DNA of 64,000 nucleotides, from the NCBI GenBank assembly GCA_051313645.2, contig JBNRSN020000010.1, positions 47,740,001 through 47,804,000 on the forward strand. The letters run 5' to 3'. Below the pieces are notes generated by a model. The model was not told the DNA's origin and did no database searches. It saw only the letters and a program-made list of their open reading frames with translations. The DNA comes from Centroscyllium fabricii. Its lineage: Eukaryota. Both the position numbers and the translations under genes were made by a program. This document shows, piece by piece, positions 47,771-61,109 of this stretch (positions are counted from its first letter, which is position 1; each line of letters begins with the position of its first letter).

Positions 47771-49107
47771 GTATCTCAATTTTATTAGCAAAGATTTTAA
47801 AATGAACCAACAGCAGCAGGGCACCTTGCAGAATGAAAATCAGCAGCCAGCAGCATCAGAGAGGTGGGAGACCATTCTAAAACCGAAAACTCTCGAACTC
47901 AACACCCAGGCACCGAACGCGTCGAATGATTTTGAACACTGGCTAAGCTGTTTCGAGTCGTACTTTGTCGTGGCCGGAGTCAGCGACGCGCACAAGAGAA
48001 GGGTCCTGGTCTCCTGCGTGAGTGGCAGGGTGTATTCCCTAATTAAGAACGCCATGGAATACGATGCAGCGATGGAGCTGCTGAAGGCTTGATATCTCCA
48101 GCCAGTCAACGCGATCTATGCTCACCATCTCTGGCAACAGCATGGTGAGTCGAATGAGGAGTACCTGGAGGCTTTTAATCACTCCACCACTGATGGACAT
48201 GCCTTCAGCTGCCAAGGCTCTAAACTCTGGAATTCTCTTCCTACAGCTCTCTGTCTCTCTACCTTTCTTTCCTCATTTAAGATGCTCCTTAAAACCTAAC
48301 TCTTTGACCAAGCTTTTGGTCATTTGCCCTAATAGCTCCTTATGTGGCTCGGTTTGAGTATGGTTTGATAACGTTCCGGTGAAGCACCTTGGGCTGTTTT
48401 ACCACATTAAAGGCACTATATAAATACAGGTTGTTGTTGTTGCACTAGTAAGAGGGGGAGGTGGGGAAGAATGCAACATTTCCCTCTGCTTAGCTGCAGC
48501 CCTGAACTTTCTGAAAATCTTTGCTCATTCTATGATTCTGTGGGAATGGAGCCAGCATTCCCGTAGGACAGCATCACAACCACAGTGGGATTCTTTCATA
48601 GTGTGATTAAGAGTGATCTATCAGAAAAGAGCTGAAACCCTTTCTTTAATTTCCTTTCTATTACTCCCTGCTGTAATTAATTTGCACATTTCTCTCCACA
48701 CAGAGACCACCAGAGCTGCCAGTATTTCCTCTTTCATGTGTTATGTTATTAACAGGTAGTTTTGATTTTTAACTAATTTGTAACTTGAAGTACAAGCAAC
48801 CCCAATGGCTCAGTTGGAAATTGTGCTGCCAGTGTGGAGATGAGCCATATAGAGCAAGAAGGTCCAACATCCGATCAAAGTCTGTGCTAGATGATTTCAA
48901 TTGAGGCAGCAATGGGGTTGCTACAGTTGGGTTCAGCTCCCCTAGTCTAGGGAACACAAAATAAAATTAGCCAAGATTCCCCATTTTTGATCACCATTCG
49001 GTCATTCCTGCTGCTGCTCCTCTATCATAGGTGGCTGTTAGGTAAGGACAGCTTTGGGCCTAGTTGTAATTGTCTTTTCAGTCAGATAGCTTTTAGACAC
49101 TCAGGGG

Positions 49108-49362
49108 TCATAGACATAGAAACATAGAAGATAGGAGCTGTAGGCCATTCGGCCCTTCGAGCCTGCTCCGCCATTCAATGAGATCATGGCTGATCATCCA
49201 AACCCAGTACCCTGTCCCTGCCTTATCCCCATATCCATCGGTCCCGATCGAGCCTGCACGACACATATTCCACCCTATCCCCGTAACCCCACATATTCAA
49301 TCCCCCCAACACTAAGGGTCAATTTATCATGGTCAATCAACCTAACCCGCACATCTTTGGAC
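49108..49362 (-). mobile_element. 5'-truncated V-SINE
   Basis: Reverse complement of the SINE 3' half. Confidence 0.85.
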
Positions 49363-49364
49363 TA

Positions 49365-50206
49365 TTTTCATTGAGCAGTCAGGCGGCTTTTTCGGCGGCC
49401 GGGGAGGCAACATTGCGGAAATGGGGGTGGGGGAATTGCGACCCCTCCCGCCGGTTTCCCACCAGCTTGTGAATTTCAGCCCGGTGGGTCCGATCGACCC
49501 GCTTTAGTCCCACCTGCTACCAGCGGGGATGGCCATTAGGCTTATTAAGGACCCTTAATTGCCATGTATAATGCCATTTTAAGGGGCCCTTGTAATTTTC
49601 AGGTTTTCCCCACCCAAAACCAGCCAGCCTGAAACCCCGCCAGTGAAACCTGGCATGGACACAGCAGCTTGCTGACTATCAGTTGAAAGTCAAAGGTAGA
49701 CATTCAATCAGCTGCAGCAGAAGTCGTACCTAGGCACCAGCCTGCAGCAGGGCTAACTGTATCCCTAGGGTACACAATATCAGTGGGGAAAAAAACTTTC
49801 ACAAACTTACCTTGCAGCTGATTTTAGTTTGACAGATAGCTCCTCACTAGCACTCAATGATATGGGTCTGCTGGAGCAGGTAGCCATTCAAAGAAACTGC
49901 ATCTGTCAATCAGGGCTGTGGTTTTAGAAGGCTTTGTGACATCACAAAATGTCTTTTACTATCTAGTGTGAAACTAACTGCAACTGTCAATCAGGCCTGT
50001 GGATTTACTAGGCTTTGGGGCTCTGCTCTTTAAACAGCCGGCTTTCTGACTGAAAACAGTCAATTAGCAAGTGTCCCCACACGCTGGAAATGAATTTGCC
50101 AATTTAGACAAAATTGCGTCGATCTCCCAGACCCTTTAGAAAATGGGAAGAAAACATGATCCACGGTAAACCCACCAATTCCCCACACCTTGAGGAAAAT
50201 TGACCC
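49365..50206. mobile_element. Possible partial Harbinger-type MITE
   Basis: GC-rich subterminal motifs; ends ggaaaattgaccc. Confidence 0.35.
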
Positions 50207-50284
50207 TTCACTGTTTAACCTCATATCAACAATGGCCATGTGAGCAAGGAACTGGAGAGCAGCCAGCAGATGTAAAACAAACTT

Positions 50285-50965
50285 CTCTTAGGCAGTCCCT
50301 TGGAACTGAGGATGACTTGCTTCCGCACTAAAAGTTTGTTCTCAGGTGACTGATGCGGGACCTACAGTCTCTGTCACAGGTGGGACAGATGATGGTTGAA
50401 GGGGCGGGTGGGTGGAGTGCTTGGGTTGACATGCGCTGCTTGCACTTGGCTTCCGCTTGCTCCCAGCGAAGAGATTTGAGGTGTTCAGCAGCGCCTTCCC
50501 AGATGCTTCTCCTCCACTTTGTGCGGTCTTGGGCCAGGGATTCCTAGGTGCCAGTGGGGATGTTGCTCTTTCAAGGAGACTTTGTGGGTGTCCTTGAAGT
50601 ATTTCTTCTGCCCACCTGGGGCTTTCTTGCCGTGTCAGGGCTCCAAGTCGAGCGCTTGTTTTGGGAGTCTTGTATCGGGCATGTGGACAATGTGACCCTT
50701 CCATCGGAGCTGATCGAGCGTGGTCAAAGCTTCGATGCTGGGGATGTTGTCCTGAGCGAGAACACCGACGTTGATGCACCTATCCTGCCAATGAATTTGC
50801 AGGATCTTGCGGAGGCAACATTGATGGTATCTCTCCAGTGCTTTGAGGTACCTGCTGCACGTGGTCCATGTCTCTGAGGCGTATAGGCGAGCGGGTATCA
50901 CTGCTGCTCTGTAGACCAAGAGCTTAGTGCCGGGTTTGAGGTCCTGGTCTTCAAATACTCTCTGT
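50285..50965 (-). mobile_element. RTE-clade LINE 3' fragment
   Basis: TKLLVYRAAVIP..LYASETWT...LERYHQCCLRKILQIHWQD...QLRW.GH.V.MPD.RLPK. Confidence 0.85.
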
Positions 50966-51034
50966 AGAATAATACCCCAGTGTGAATCAGCGACCTCAAG
51001 AGAAGCTGAGATTGGGAGAAAACTGGAGGCGGGA

Positions 51035-54000
51035 TGATGTAATAAATGAATCTTATACATCAATAACTTGAGAGTAAAGTTTTAATCCACTATATTGTCA
51101 CTATTTACAAAGGTGGGTTTTACCATGCTTCCAGCTGAGCAGTTCCAGTATTTATACTATCTGGGCACAGGAAGTGACATGTACAGAGTTCACCATTCAA
51201 CCTTCCCCCGGAAGTTTGTTCAATATCACCACATTCTTCCCTCCTACAAAATTAGAAGGCGGGAATCTTTTTATTCCGGAGTAGCCGAACAAGGAGGAGT
51301 CGCACCCGTTTGAGTTCTCGTTACTGGATTGATGGTCCGTCCCCATGGACAATGTCTGGGTCTCTGGACCGTTTACCTGCTGTTGTCCACTGGTTGGGAC
51401 TCGCGTTGCCTGGATTACCCTGTGAAGGGTCGGGGAGATCATGGCTCTGCGTACGAGCTCCAATAGGTGCAGAGCTGGTCGGTCCCTGGTCAGGGGGAGG
51501 CACAGAGCTGGTCTGCGGCCAATTGGCACTTTGGCGTGAGGCACCGGGAGGATCATAACTCCATGTATGAGCCCCATGGGCTCAGAGTCAGTTGGTGTCT
51601 GGTCAGTGTCCTGGAAAGAGGTACTTGGTGGGTCGTAACTTCAAGTGTGGGATTCTACCGGCGCAAAGCTAGTTGGTGTCAGATCAGGGTCCTGGAGAGT
51701 GGTACCCGGTGGGTCCCTAGAGGCCCCTGTAGGATATTATCACTTGGTGTCCCTCTAGGCCCTGGTGGGCAGGTTGCCAGTTCCCGTAATGATACGGTAG
51801 ACTCTCAACCGTCGGGATATCGTATGTAGGCACAGGTAGGGTTGACATCGGTTAGTTCGACCTCGTCCACAAGAGCGTCATTTTTAGACGTCCGAACGTA
51901 TCTTCGGAGCAGTACGGGTCCAGGAGTAGTTAGCCATGGCAGAAGAGATGCCTCATAAGATGAGCAACGCTGGAATCAAAAGAACCATTCATGAGGTGTA
52001 GTATTTGTGGCTGTAGAAAGAAGGGACCGTATAGAGTGCAATGCATCCAGAAGCACTGCTTCCCATTGCTGGTTTGGTAGGCCCTGAGATCTTAAAGCAA
52101 GACGTACGGAATTCCAGATGATACCATTATATCTCTCTACCTGTCCATTTCCGATGGGATGGTATGGCGTCGTTTTGCTTGTCGCAATTCCCCGTTCTGA
52201 GAGGTAGTCCTTGAGGTCGCTTGACATAAAGGATGGACCCCAATCCGAGTCAATGTAGGCTACCATGCCACAGAGAGAAAATACTTGCTCAAGGCAGTTG
52301 ATTACTGTGGATGCCAGGATATTGGAGCAGGGGAAGGCAAACGGAAATTGTGAATATTCATCAATCATGGTGAGCAAATATTTGTTCCGTGTTGAAGAGA
52401 GCAATGGGCCCTTGAAGTCGACACTAAGTCGTTGCATCGGTTGGGTTACGTGTATGAGCACACAATCTGAGGGGCGGAAGAACTGAGGTTTAAATTCAGC
52501 ACAAATTCGGCATTCGGAGCACATTTTCTTTATATCTCCAGTAGAAAATGGGAGATTCCGTGATCGCATGCGAGTCACGCCAGGATGGCACAATCCATCA
52601 TGGATGTCTATGAGAGTAGAGGATGACATAGCAGAGCAGATTGCTCGTGTGAGGGTATCTGGGGCCACATTCTACTTGCCAGGTCGATAGTGAATGGTGT
52701 AACCAAATGAGGCCAATTCCATCTTCCAAAGCTGTATTTTATTGTTCTTAATTTTAGTTCGCTTTCGATTATCGAGCAAGGCGGCGACTGATCGCTGGTC
52801 CGTGATTAATGTAAAGTGCCGGCGAGCTAGGAAATGGTTCCACTTTCGTACTGCCTCTATGATAGCTGTGGCTTCCTTCTCAACTGGAGGATAATGCATC
52901 TCGGCACCTTGTAAGGTCCTGGACATAAATGCTACAGGACGGCCTTCCTGATTTAGAGTAGCTGAGATTGCCACCTCCGAGGCATCACATTCGACTACGA
53001 AAGGGAGGTTCTCATTGATAGAGTGAAGAGTCGCTTTCTCCAACTGTTTTTTGAGAAGGTTAAAAGCTGCAACAGCCACTGTTCCCAACGGAAATGTTCT
53101 AGCATTCAGTAAGGGTTGAATTTTATCTGAAAAATTAGGAATCCATTTAGCATAGTATGCAAACAGACCGAGGGCCCGATGTAAAGAAGCCGGATTGTTA
53201 GGTGGAGGGAGCTCCTGAAGCGGGCGAAGTCTTTCCGGGTCTGGTTTAATGATACCATTGCCTACGCAGTAGCCAAGAATGTTGATGGTCGGTTGCGATT
53301 CCACAGATTTGGATTCATTTAAAGTTAAGTTACGGTGATGGAGAGCATCCCAAAATCTTCGGAGGTTGCCGTCATCATAGAATCATAGAATCATAGAAGA
53401 TAGGAGCAGGAGTAGGCCATTCAGCCCTTCGAGCCTGCTCCGCCATTCAATGAGATCATGGCTGATCTTTAGCAAGCTAGTACCCCGTCCCCGCCTTTTC
53501 TCCATAACCTTTAATCCCTTTAGCTTGAAGAAATATATCCAATTCCCTCTTGAATATGTTTAATGAACTGGCCTCCACCGCCCTCTGTGGCAGGGAATTC
53601 CACAGGCCCACCACTCTCTGAGTGAAGAAATTCTTCCTCATGTCTGTCCTAAATGGTTTACCCCTTATCCTTAGACTGTGGCCCCTGGTTCTGGACTCCC
53701 CCGCCATTGGAAACATTCTCTCTGAATCTAACCTGTCCAGACCTTTCAGAATTTTATACGTCTCAATGAGATCGCCTCTCAATCTTCTAAACTCCAACGA
53801 GTACAAGCCCAGACTACACAATCTCTCTTCGTAGGTCATTCCTGCCATTCCAGGAATCAGCCTGGTGAAACGCCACTGCACTCCTTCCATGGCAAGAACA
53901 TCCTTCCTCAGGTGAGGCGACCAGAACTGTACACAATACTCGAGGTGTGGTCTCACCAGTGCCTTGTACAGCTGGTGGTCGTGGCCTGCAACAGTAATGT

Positions 54001-56154
54001 TATCAAGATAGGGAAAAGTGTCCCTTAAGGTTTCCTGCTTAACCAGGCCATCCATTGCCCATTGGAAGACAGCCACTCCGTTAGTGACCCCGAATGGGAG
54101 GCGACAAAATTGATACAGTCGTCCATTAGCCTCAAAGGCCATGTACTTCTTATCTGAGACCTGTAAGGGTACCTGATGATAGGCACTCTTTAAAAATCAT
54201 AGGTTGAGAACACTTTGTATTCGGCCAGTTTATTAACCATGTCATCAATGCGTGGCAATGGGTAGGCGTCCAGGTCAGTATATTGATTGACGGTTTGTGT
54301 ATAATCAATGCATAGTCGTTTTTTGCGGGGTTTCAGAGGGTTCTTAGCAATGACGATTTGAGCCCAACAGGGCGATGAACATGTTTCGATGATATCCTCT
54401 GCTAAAAGTCGAGAGATTTCTGTCTCAATAAAAGATTGATCTTCCTGAGTGAAGCGCGAGATTTGGTTATTATTGGTTTGCATTGAGGATGAAAACTGGT
54501 GAATAATGAGGGTTCATCAAGTGAGGCTGCTGACAGTGCACAAAATGGTGATTTAGTCGGTATATTAGAAATAGTAAGTCCAGGTTTGGATCCGCCGAAC
54601 TCAATGATGAGTTTTTTATGCTGTTTTTGAAAATCCAGCCCTAGGATGAGATCACTACATAAGTCCTTGAGCACCGAGAATCGAGTGGAGGGATACATGC
54701 GGCCATTAAGTGTCATGTCAATAATAAAAAAGCCGGAGATTCTGGTATTAAGTGATGATTGAGCCATTGCAATTGCCTGATCTGATGGGAAGATATGTAG
54801 TTTCAATTTCTCAACAATCTGTTCTCTAATGAAACTATCAGTACTTCCTGAGTCAATTAAGGCATCTAAGGCATGTCCATTAATTGAAACTTTTGTAGCT
54901 GCATGAAACAAGCTTTGAGGGCAGGCAGCTGTAATTGGTGTGGTTGCACAGAGAGTGGCTGTAACTCGAGGTGTGCTTCTTTGGGAGGGAGCGCGAGAGG
55001 GAGCCTGATAGGCCCTAATTTGGGCAGTTCGGTAGGCCTTAGCTTGATAAGAGCCTCTACGAGAGCCTGATTGCAATAAAAAGGGACACTTTGCAAAAGT
55101 TTGCTAATGACTACAGATTGCATTGCAAGCAGGGTAGAATTTCCTAGGGTGAAAAAAATCTCCACAAAAGCAGCTCTTCCTAGAGTGCCAAGAGGCTGCT
55201 GACGTGGGGTCATCCTCCTCCTCATCACTGAACTAATCAGGACTAGATTCTTCCATGATGGGGTCCACCTGAGGCCCCTTGAATGGTCTGATTGCAGTTG
55301 CAGCAGCAATTCAAGATCTGGGCAGCTGATAGATGTCGGCATTTTTTTTTGCCAAGTCCAAAGAACAAGCCAGATCAAAAGCCCTTTGTAGCTCAAGCAT
55401 TTTCCTCTCTGGTAGACGCTGGCATATAAATGGAGACGCAATCCCGCAGATGAAAGCATCTTGAATTATTTCTTCGCGGTACACCTCAGCCGAGGCTGCC
55501 TTAAAGTTACAATCTACACTGAGCCTGCGAAGTTCTTGAAGGAATTCGTTAATCGATTCCCCTGGCCTTTGTCGGGCCATGGAGAGTAGATGTCTAGCAT
55601 AGACCTCGTTTGGGGTCTTAATATATAGTTCTTTAAATGCTTGGATTACAGTATCATAGCTTTCCCATTTATCAACATATTCATACTCATTTGGGATACG
55701 TAGTTCACAAGTATCCTGAGTTTAGTAATAGCATCTGTATTACATTCTTCAAGAAAGTTCTCAAAGGTATGGTACCATTGCTTCCATACCTTGGCAGCTG
55801 CTGGTGTGTTTGGGTCCAGATCAAGACTTTTAGGTCTGAGGATGCTTTCCATGATGGGTGTTTCACTGGATCCTCAGTTCCGTGTTATCCAAAGGTTTTA
55901 AGAATTTTGAGCGTGAAGTCTTTAGTGGATTAAATTGGATGTAATAAATGAGTCTTATACATCAATAACTTTAAAGTAACGTTTTAATCCACTATATTGT
56001 CACTATTTACAAAGGTGGGTTTTACCATGCTTCCAGATGAAGCATCCACCCCATACTGAGCAGTTCCAGTATTTATAATATCTGGGCACAGGAAGTGACA
56101 TGTACAGAGTTCCCCATTCAACCTTCCCCCAGAAGTTTATTCAATATCACCACA
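51035..56154 (-). mobile_element. Gypsy LTR retrotransposon E, older and more divergent
   Basis: LTRs at 51035-51233 and 55936-56154 (about a 19-bp indel), TSD cggga, PPT aggagggaagaa; decayed gag (MESILRPKSLDL), IDSGS protease, YLDN RT, RNase H, integrase. Confidence 0.93.
53376..53972 (-). mobile_element. CR1 3' end inserted in the RT of element E
   Basis: LYKALVRPHLEYCVQFWSP... and (ctatgatt)n tail. Confidence 0.9.
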
Positions 56155-56289
56155 CGGGATGTCGCCTATAGCACTACAATCCCATCTAAAAAAATAAGAG
56201 TAAACATGATGATTCTGGGAAGCAATCATGAATCATAGGATGCCCGCAATGAGAAGGTAAGTTCATACCAAAAGAGACATTGGTGCTGG

Positions 56290-58170
56290 AGCTTCCTGGA
56301 GCAATTAGTATAAGTGGGGTTGGGTGTGGGGGGTGGGGTGGGGTGGGGAGAGGTGGAGGGTTTTAGGGAGGGAATTTCAGAGGGGGAAAAGAGAATAGAT
56401 AGATGCAGAGATGGCCAGAGTCAAAGGAATGAGCATTTTGGTGGGCGGAGGGGCAGGGTGGCGTGGTGATGGAGGGGGTGAAATGTAGAGCTGGAACAGG
56501 TCACAGAGATAGGGAGAGGCGAGGCCCTGAAGAGATTTGAACACGAGGATGAGAATTTTTAATTTGAGGCATTGGGGGACTGGCAGCCAATATAGGTCAG
56601 CGAGCACCGAGGTAATGGCGAGTGGGATTTGGTGTGGAAGAGGATATGGGCAGCAGAGATTTGGATGAGCTGACATTTACAGAGAGTGCAGGCTGTGAGG
56701 CCGGCCAGGAGAGCATTGGAATTGTTGAGACCGTAGGTGACAAAAGAATGAATGAGGATTTCAGCAGCAGATGGGCTGAGGCAGGGGTGGAGACGGGCAC
56801 GGTTATAGAGGTGGATACAGGTGATCTTTGTGATGGAGAGGATACTGGGGTCAGAAACCCAGCTCTGGGTCAATTAGGATGCCAAGGCTGTGAACAGTCT
56901 GGTTCAGCCTTACAAAGTGGCCAGGGAGGGGATGGAATTAATGGCTAGGGTATGGAGTTGTGGTGTAAGCCAAAGATGATGGCTTCAGTCTTCCCAATTT
57001 TTAGCTTGAAGAATTTGCCACTTATCCAAGCCTTGATATTGGACAAGCAGTCTGACAATCCAGAGCCAGTAGAGGGGTCAAGACAGCTGGTGGGGTGGTA
57101 GAGATGGGCATCGTCAATGTATAGGTTGGAGCTGACCGCTTGTCTGTAAATGATGGTGTCAAGAGCAGCAGGTAGATTAGGAAGAGGCCAAGGATAGATC
57201 CTTGGAGGACTCCAGAGGTAACAGTAGGAAGGTGGGAAGACAAGCCATTTATGGAGATGCTCTGGCTATGACTGTATAGGTATGAGTGAAACCAAGTGAA
57301 GACAGTCTCACTGAACTGGACAACAAAGGAGAGGCATTGGAGGAGGATGGCATGGGCGACCATGTCAAAGGCTGCTAACAGGAGGAGAGCGATGAAGAGG
57401 TATAATGCACCACAATCAGAATCACAGAGAATACCATTTGTGACTTTGATTAGGGCCATTTGAGTGCTGTGGCAGGGACAGAAACCTGATCGGAGAGATT
57501 CAAACAGGTGGTTCAGATAAAGATGATCATGACTTGGGAGGCAACAATAGGTTCAAGGAAAATGAAATTGAAGATGGGGTGGTAGTTTGCAAGAAAAGGG
57601 GGGTGTTGAAGGTGGGTTATTTGAGAAGGGGTTGATGGTGGTTTTGAAAGGTAGGAGAACAGTATGAGGAGAGGGAACCAGTTATAATGCCAACTAGCAT
57701 GGGAGCCAGGAAGGGAAGCTCGCCGGTCAGCAATTTAGTGGAAATGGGGCAAGAAGTGGATCTGATGGACTGGTTAAACTTGGAAAGGGCATGAGGGGAG
57801 ATGGGAGAGTAACTAGAATGTGACACAGGTTCAGGGCAAGAGCAAAAGGAGGCAGGGGATAGTTTTGGGTTGGTGGAAAAGGAGAAGGGAAGAAGTAGCA
57901 GAGGCAGCTGACCTAGTCATAATCAAAGTGACAACAAAGTCCATCAGTTCCTCATCCTTGCTATTGGAGTTCAGAGTTGAGGAGGTGCAGGGGAGAAGGG
58001 TTTAAGGAGATGGTTAGTAGTGGAGAAAAGAAGCCGAGGGATTAGCTTTGCTCTTGAGGATAATTCTAGAGTACTGGCTCATTTTGCCAGAGGGGAGTGA
58101 TATCCAATAGCACTTGATGTGGTCTAGTCAGATCTGGTGATGGATGGCTAAACCAGTTGTGTTCCAGATG
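56290..58170 (-). mobile_element. Degenerate L2 LINE
   Basis: TALIKVTN...LLAAFDMV.H, GVLQGSILG, HITSVLA.L.WLPV motifs. Confidence 0.8.
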
Positions 58171-60120
58171 TGCTGATCAGCTCCCCATGGACTTGGCCAT
58201 TTTCAGCCATCTACACTGTTTTCCCGGGGAGGTTCCACCCCTCAAGTTATGGCAGTAGATTGGGAGAATCCAGTGGAGGCTCCAGAGTGATAGCTAGATG
58301 AACAGTAATAGTTGCATAATCTCCATTAACACAGCATTGGCGCAACCAAGTATCAGGTGCTGAGGTGTAACCCAAGATGAGATGTGAAGTAGAAAAGGTA
58401 AATATGGAGCACTAATTGAAGTGAAACCAATTGGGTATTAGTAGCCATGGTAGTTTCACATTCAACAACAGCTAGCATTTATATAATGCCTTAAATGTAG
58501 AAAGTTATCCCAAGGCGCTTCCTTCAGCTCGGAGCTGACTGCCCGTGACCCATACTGCCACAAACTGGCAGCACGAGTGCAGGTCTTGTGAAATGTAGAC
58601 GCAGCTCTTGTTCGAAAGGTTTTTCCTGCTCTGACAAAGAGTTCTGCCTGGAATGTTAACCTAGCCCATTTCCTCTCAGGTGCTGAAGGACTTGCTGTGC
58701 ATTTGCAGTGTATTCTGTCTTTATTTTAAATTGGAAAAGTGATCTTGGCATTTGCATTCTGGTAAAAGGCAGGGAAGAAAAGTCTACAGTAGTCCAGGAT
58801 TTGCACCTATTGGGGAAGCAATGTCTGATCAGCAGATGGTCCATAATGAAGTGTAATGTTATATTTATAAACCTTTGATCACCCTGGCAGGATACTCACT
58901 GGAGTGTTACTGTATGGTGTCAAAACAAAAATTCTCACATTCAAAGAAAATCATACCATACCTCATTCAAATTGAATTTCCACAGGTACATTCAAAATGC
59001 ACTGCTGTAACAATACCAGGTACAGCCTGCTGTCCATTCTACTACTCTCGTTAAGTCTGTTCGACTCATGAAGATATGGGAGCCACTTAGTAGGTGCACA
59101 GCCCAGTGTTCAGTAAATCTGCATCTGAATTGGTTTGTGGGAATCAAACCTGCCATTTCCAGAATACTTGTTGGGAGTAATGTTGCTGGGAGTAATAATA
59201 ATGGTGCAAATCATTATATCAGAAACATTTGAATTTCCATAAGCTGAACGCATCCACAAAATGGAAAAAATAATTACATACAGGTCCTGTGTAGGCAGTG
59301 ATTATACACCAACCTAAATTGGCCCAATCCAGGTACGCTGTAGTCCCGTTACATGAGTGGAAGACAAAAAAAAATTCTCAGAATTAAATAAATTATATTC
59401 AGGATTGTTACCTACTTAAAGCCATGGGTCCTCACACTTCTGCGATAGCAAAATACTGCAGATGCTGTATTACTTCTGGTTATTACTTCTGGTTTATTGT
59501 CTGCAAGTGGGTATGTCAGCCATGAACATGCTGCTTCCAAACTGTGGCTTCACGCAACAGAGCACTAAATAAAACTGGGTGGCTCTCAGCTGCAGTAATG
59601 ACATGTAAAGTGAAGGAACCGCCATATAGTGAGGATATGAACTGCAGAAATCAAATTCACTGTTTTTGTCTTTAAATCACTGCCTGCCGTGTAGGCCATT
59701 TAACAGAAATGTAACAGGAATAATAATCACCCTCACTGAGCAAAGGTAAAGTTCAGAAAACAAAGCTCGGATTTTGTTTGATGTTTCCCTGTTCTCAGGG
59801 GAGTTGCACTGCTGTTGTTATTGCTGAATGCCAGACATAGAATCCTAGAATCCCTACAGTGCAGTGCATTTGACCGACAAGATCACCCAGTGGAAAAAAT
59901 TGTCTGAAAGTGGAAAGCAACATAAATTTGAGAAAGAAAATCAGAAGATTTACCTTCAGGACTTTGAATAGCGGGTTTCAGTGGATCTCTCACTTTGCTA
60001 AATGTATGCCTGGCATTCACACAACAGCTAAACTGGTCTTTTCTTCAAGATTTATCCCATTTTTTCATTCCTTCCCTGAAGGTGCTGTTTGAAATAGGTT
60101 CATGGCGCTGGCAGTCCAGA

Positions 60121-60293
60121 GACCGGAACAGAGCCAGACCAGGTACCGGAACAGAGCCAGACCAGGTACCGGAACAGAGCCAGACCAGGTACCGGAACAG
60201 AGCCAGACCAGGTACCGGAACAGAGCCAGACCAGGTACCGGAACAGAGCCAGACCAGGTACCGGAACAGAGCCAGACCAGGTACTGGAACAGA
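60121..60293 (+). repeat. 23-bp minisatellite ccggaacagagccagaccaggta, about 7.5 copies
   Basis: Near-perfect tandem array; variants recur at 61653-61737 and 62385-62470. Confidence 0.92.
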
Positions 60294-61109
60294 ACCATGA
60301 AAGGATTACAAACTTTTGTGTGTGTTCCCCCTGTAGAAGATTGGCGATATTATGTTGAGAAGAATAATGTACAGACCCTGGTGGGACTGGTTTACAAGCC
60401 CAGGGCAGAAAATGGACACATAATATGTCCAGAAAATGGCCGATCAGTAAAACGCAGCTTTTCTTAAGGTAAAGAGACAGTCCCCACAGACCAGCCTGTG
60501 TCCGTGTGGATTATGCGAAGATCTGATGGGTGACTCAAAAAACAAGCCTGTCTTTCATATGCAGAGAGACAACGGGGCCCAGTGAAAACAACCTGTCCAG
60601 ATCGGAGGAACAATTTTACATATGGATATAGCTGGAGTCTCCGAGTCTCTGGGTCAAGCCAAACACTGTACTGCAGCAATGAAACAGCAGTTGGAAGCCA
60701 ATCACGACTAGTAGGTGTTAATGAAATAACGAGGTAAAGTCGTCGAAATTCGAACAACACAATGGGAGGTGTTAAATGGCCACTCAGGAAAATGATCACT
60801 GGCCATCAAAGTGGATGAACCTTCCTTGAATCCTTTTCTCTGGGATTTTACATTCAAACCAGTTCAAAGGTGCAGAACAGTATAATTGGGTTGTTTTAGC
60901 CCTCTCTCGCTCTCTGTTTCCAGTTCTGTTTCGTGCCTGAGCTCTGGACCTAGCTGCCATTTTCAACAGAAGGAAGACCTTTCATCGCAACAGCAGGCAG
61001 TCAGGAAAACCCAGGGCCAGGCATCAGCAGTATTCAACTTTCTGCAGGTGAGCATCATTTTTCTGACTGCCGCAGGCATCTTAGGCTAGGCTGGGTTGAA
61101 GGGAGGAGA

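Larger units (their letters stand above)
45720..48170 (+). mobile_element. Truncated Gypsy D: 5' LTR (split by a nested element) and gag N-terminus
   Basis: TATA at ~45829, AATAAAAGCC, LTR end ctca at 47778; gag ILKPKTLEL..Q.PNA.N.FEHW homologous to A/B/C. Confidence 0.8.

Noticed and set aside
53477-54142. Novel Gypsy RT-CR1 fusion protein
   Set aside because: A coincidentally in-frame CR1 insertion in a decayed element.
60121-60293. CRISPR-like array
   Set aside because: Units are directly tandem with no unique spacers, no cas genes are present, and the context is eukaryotic.
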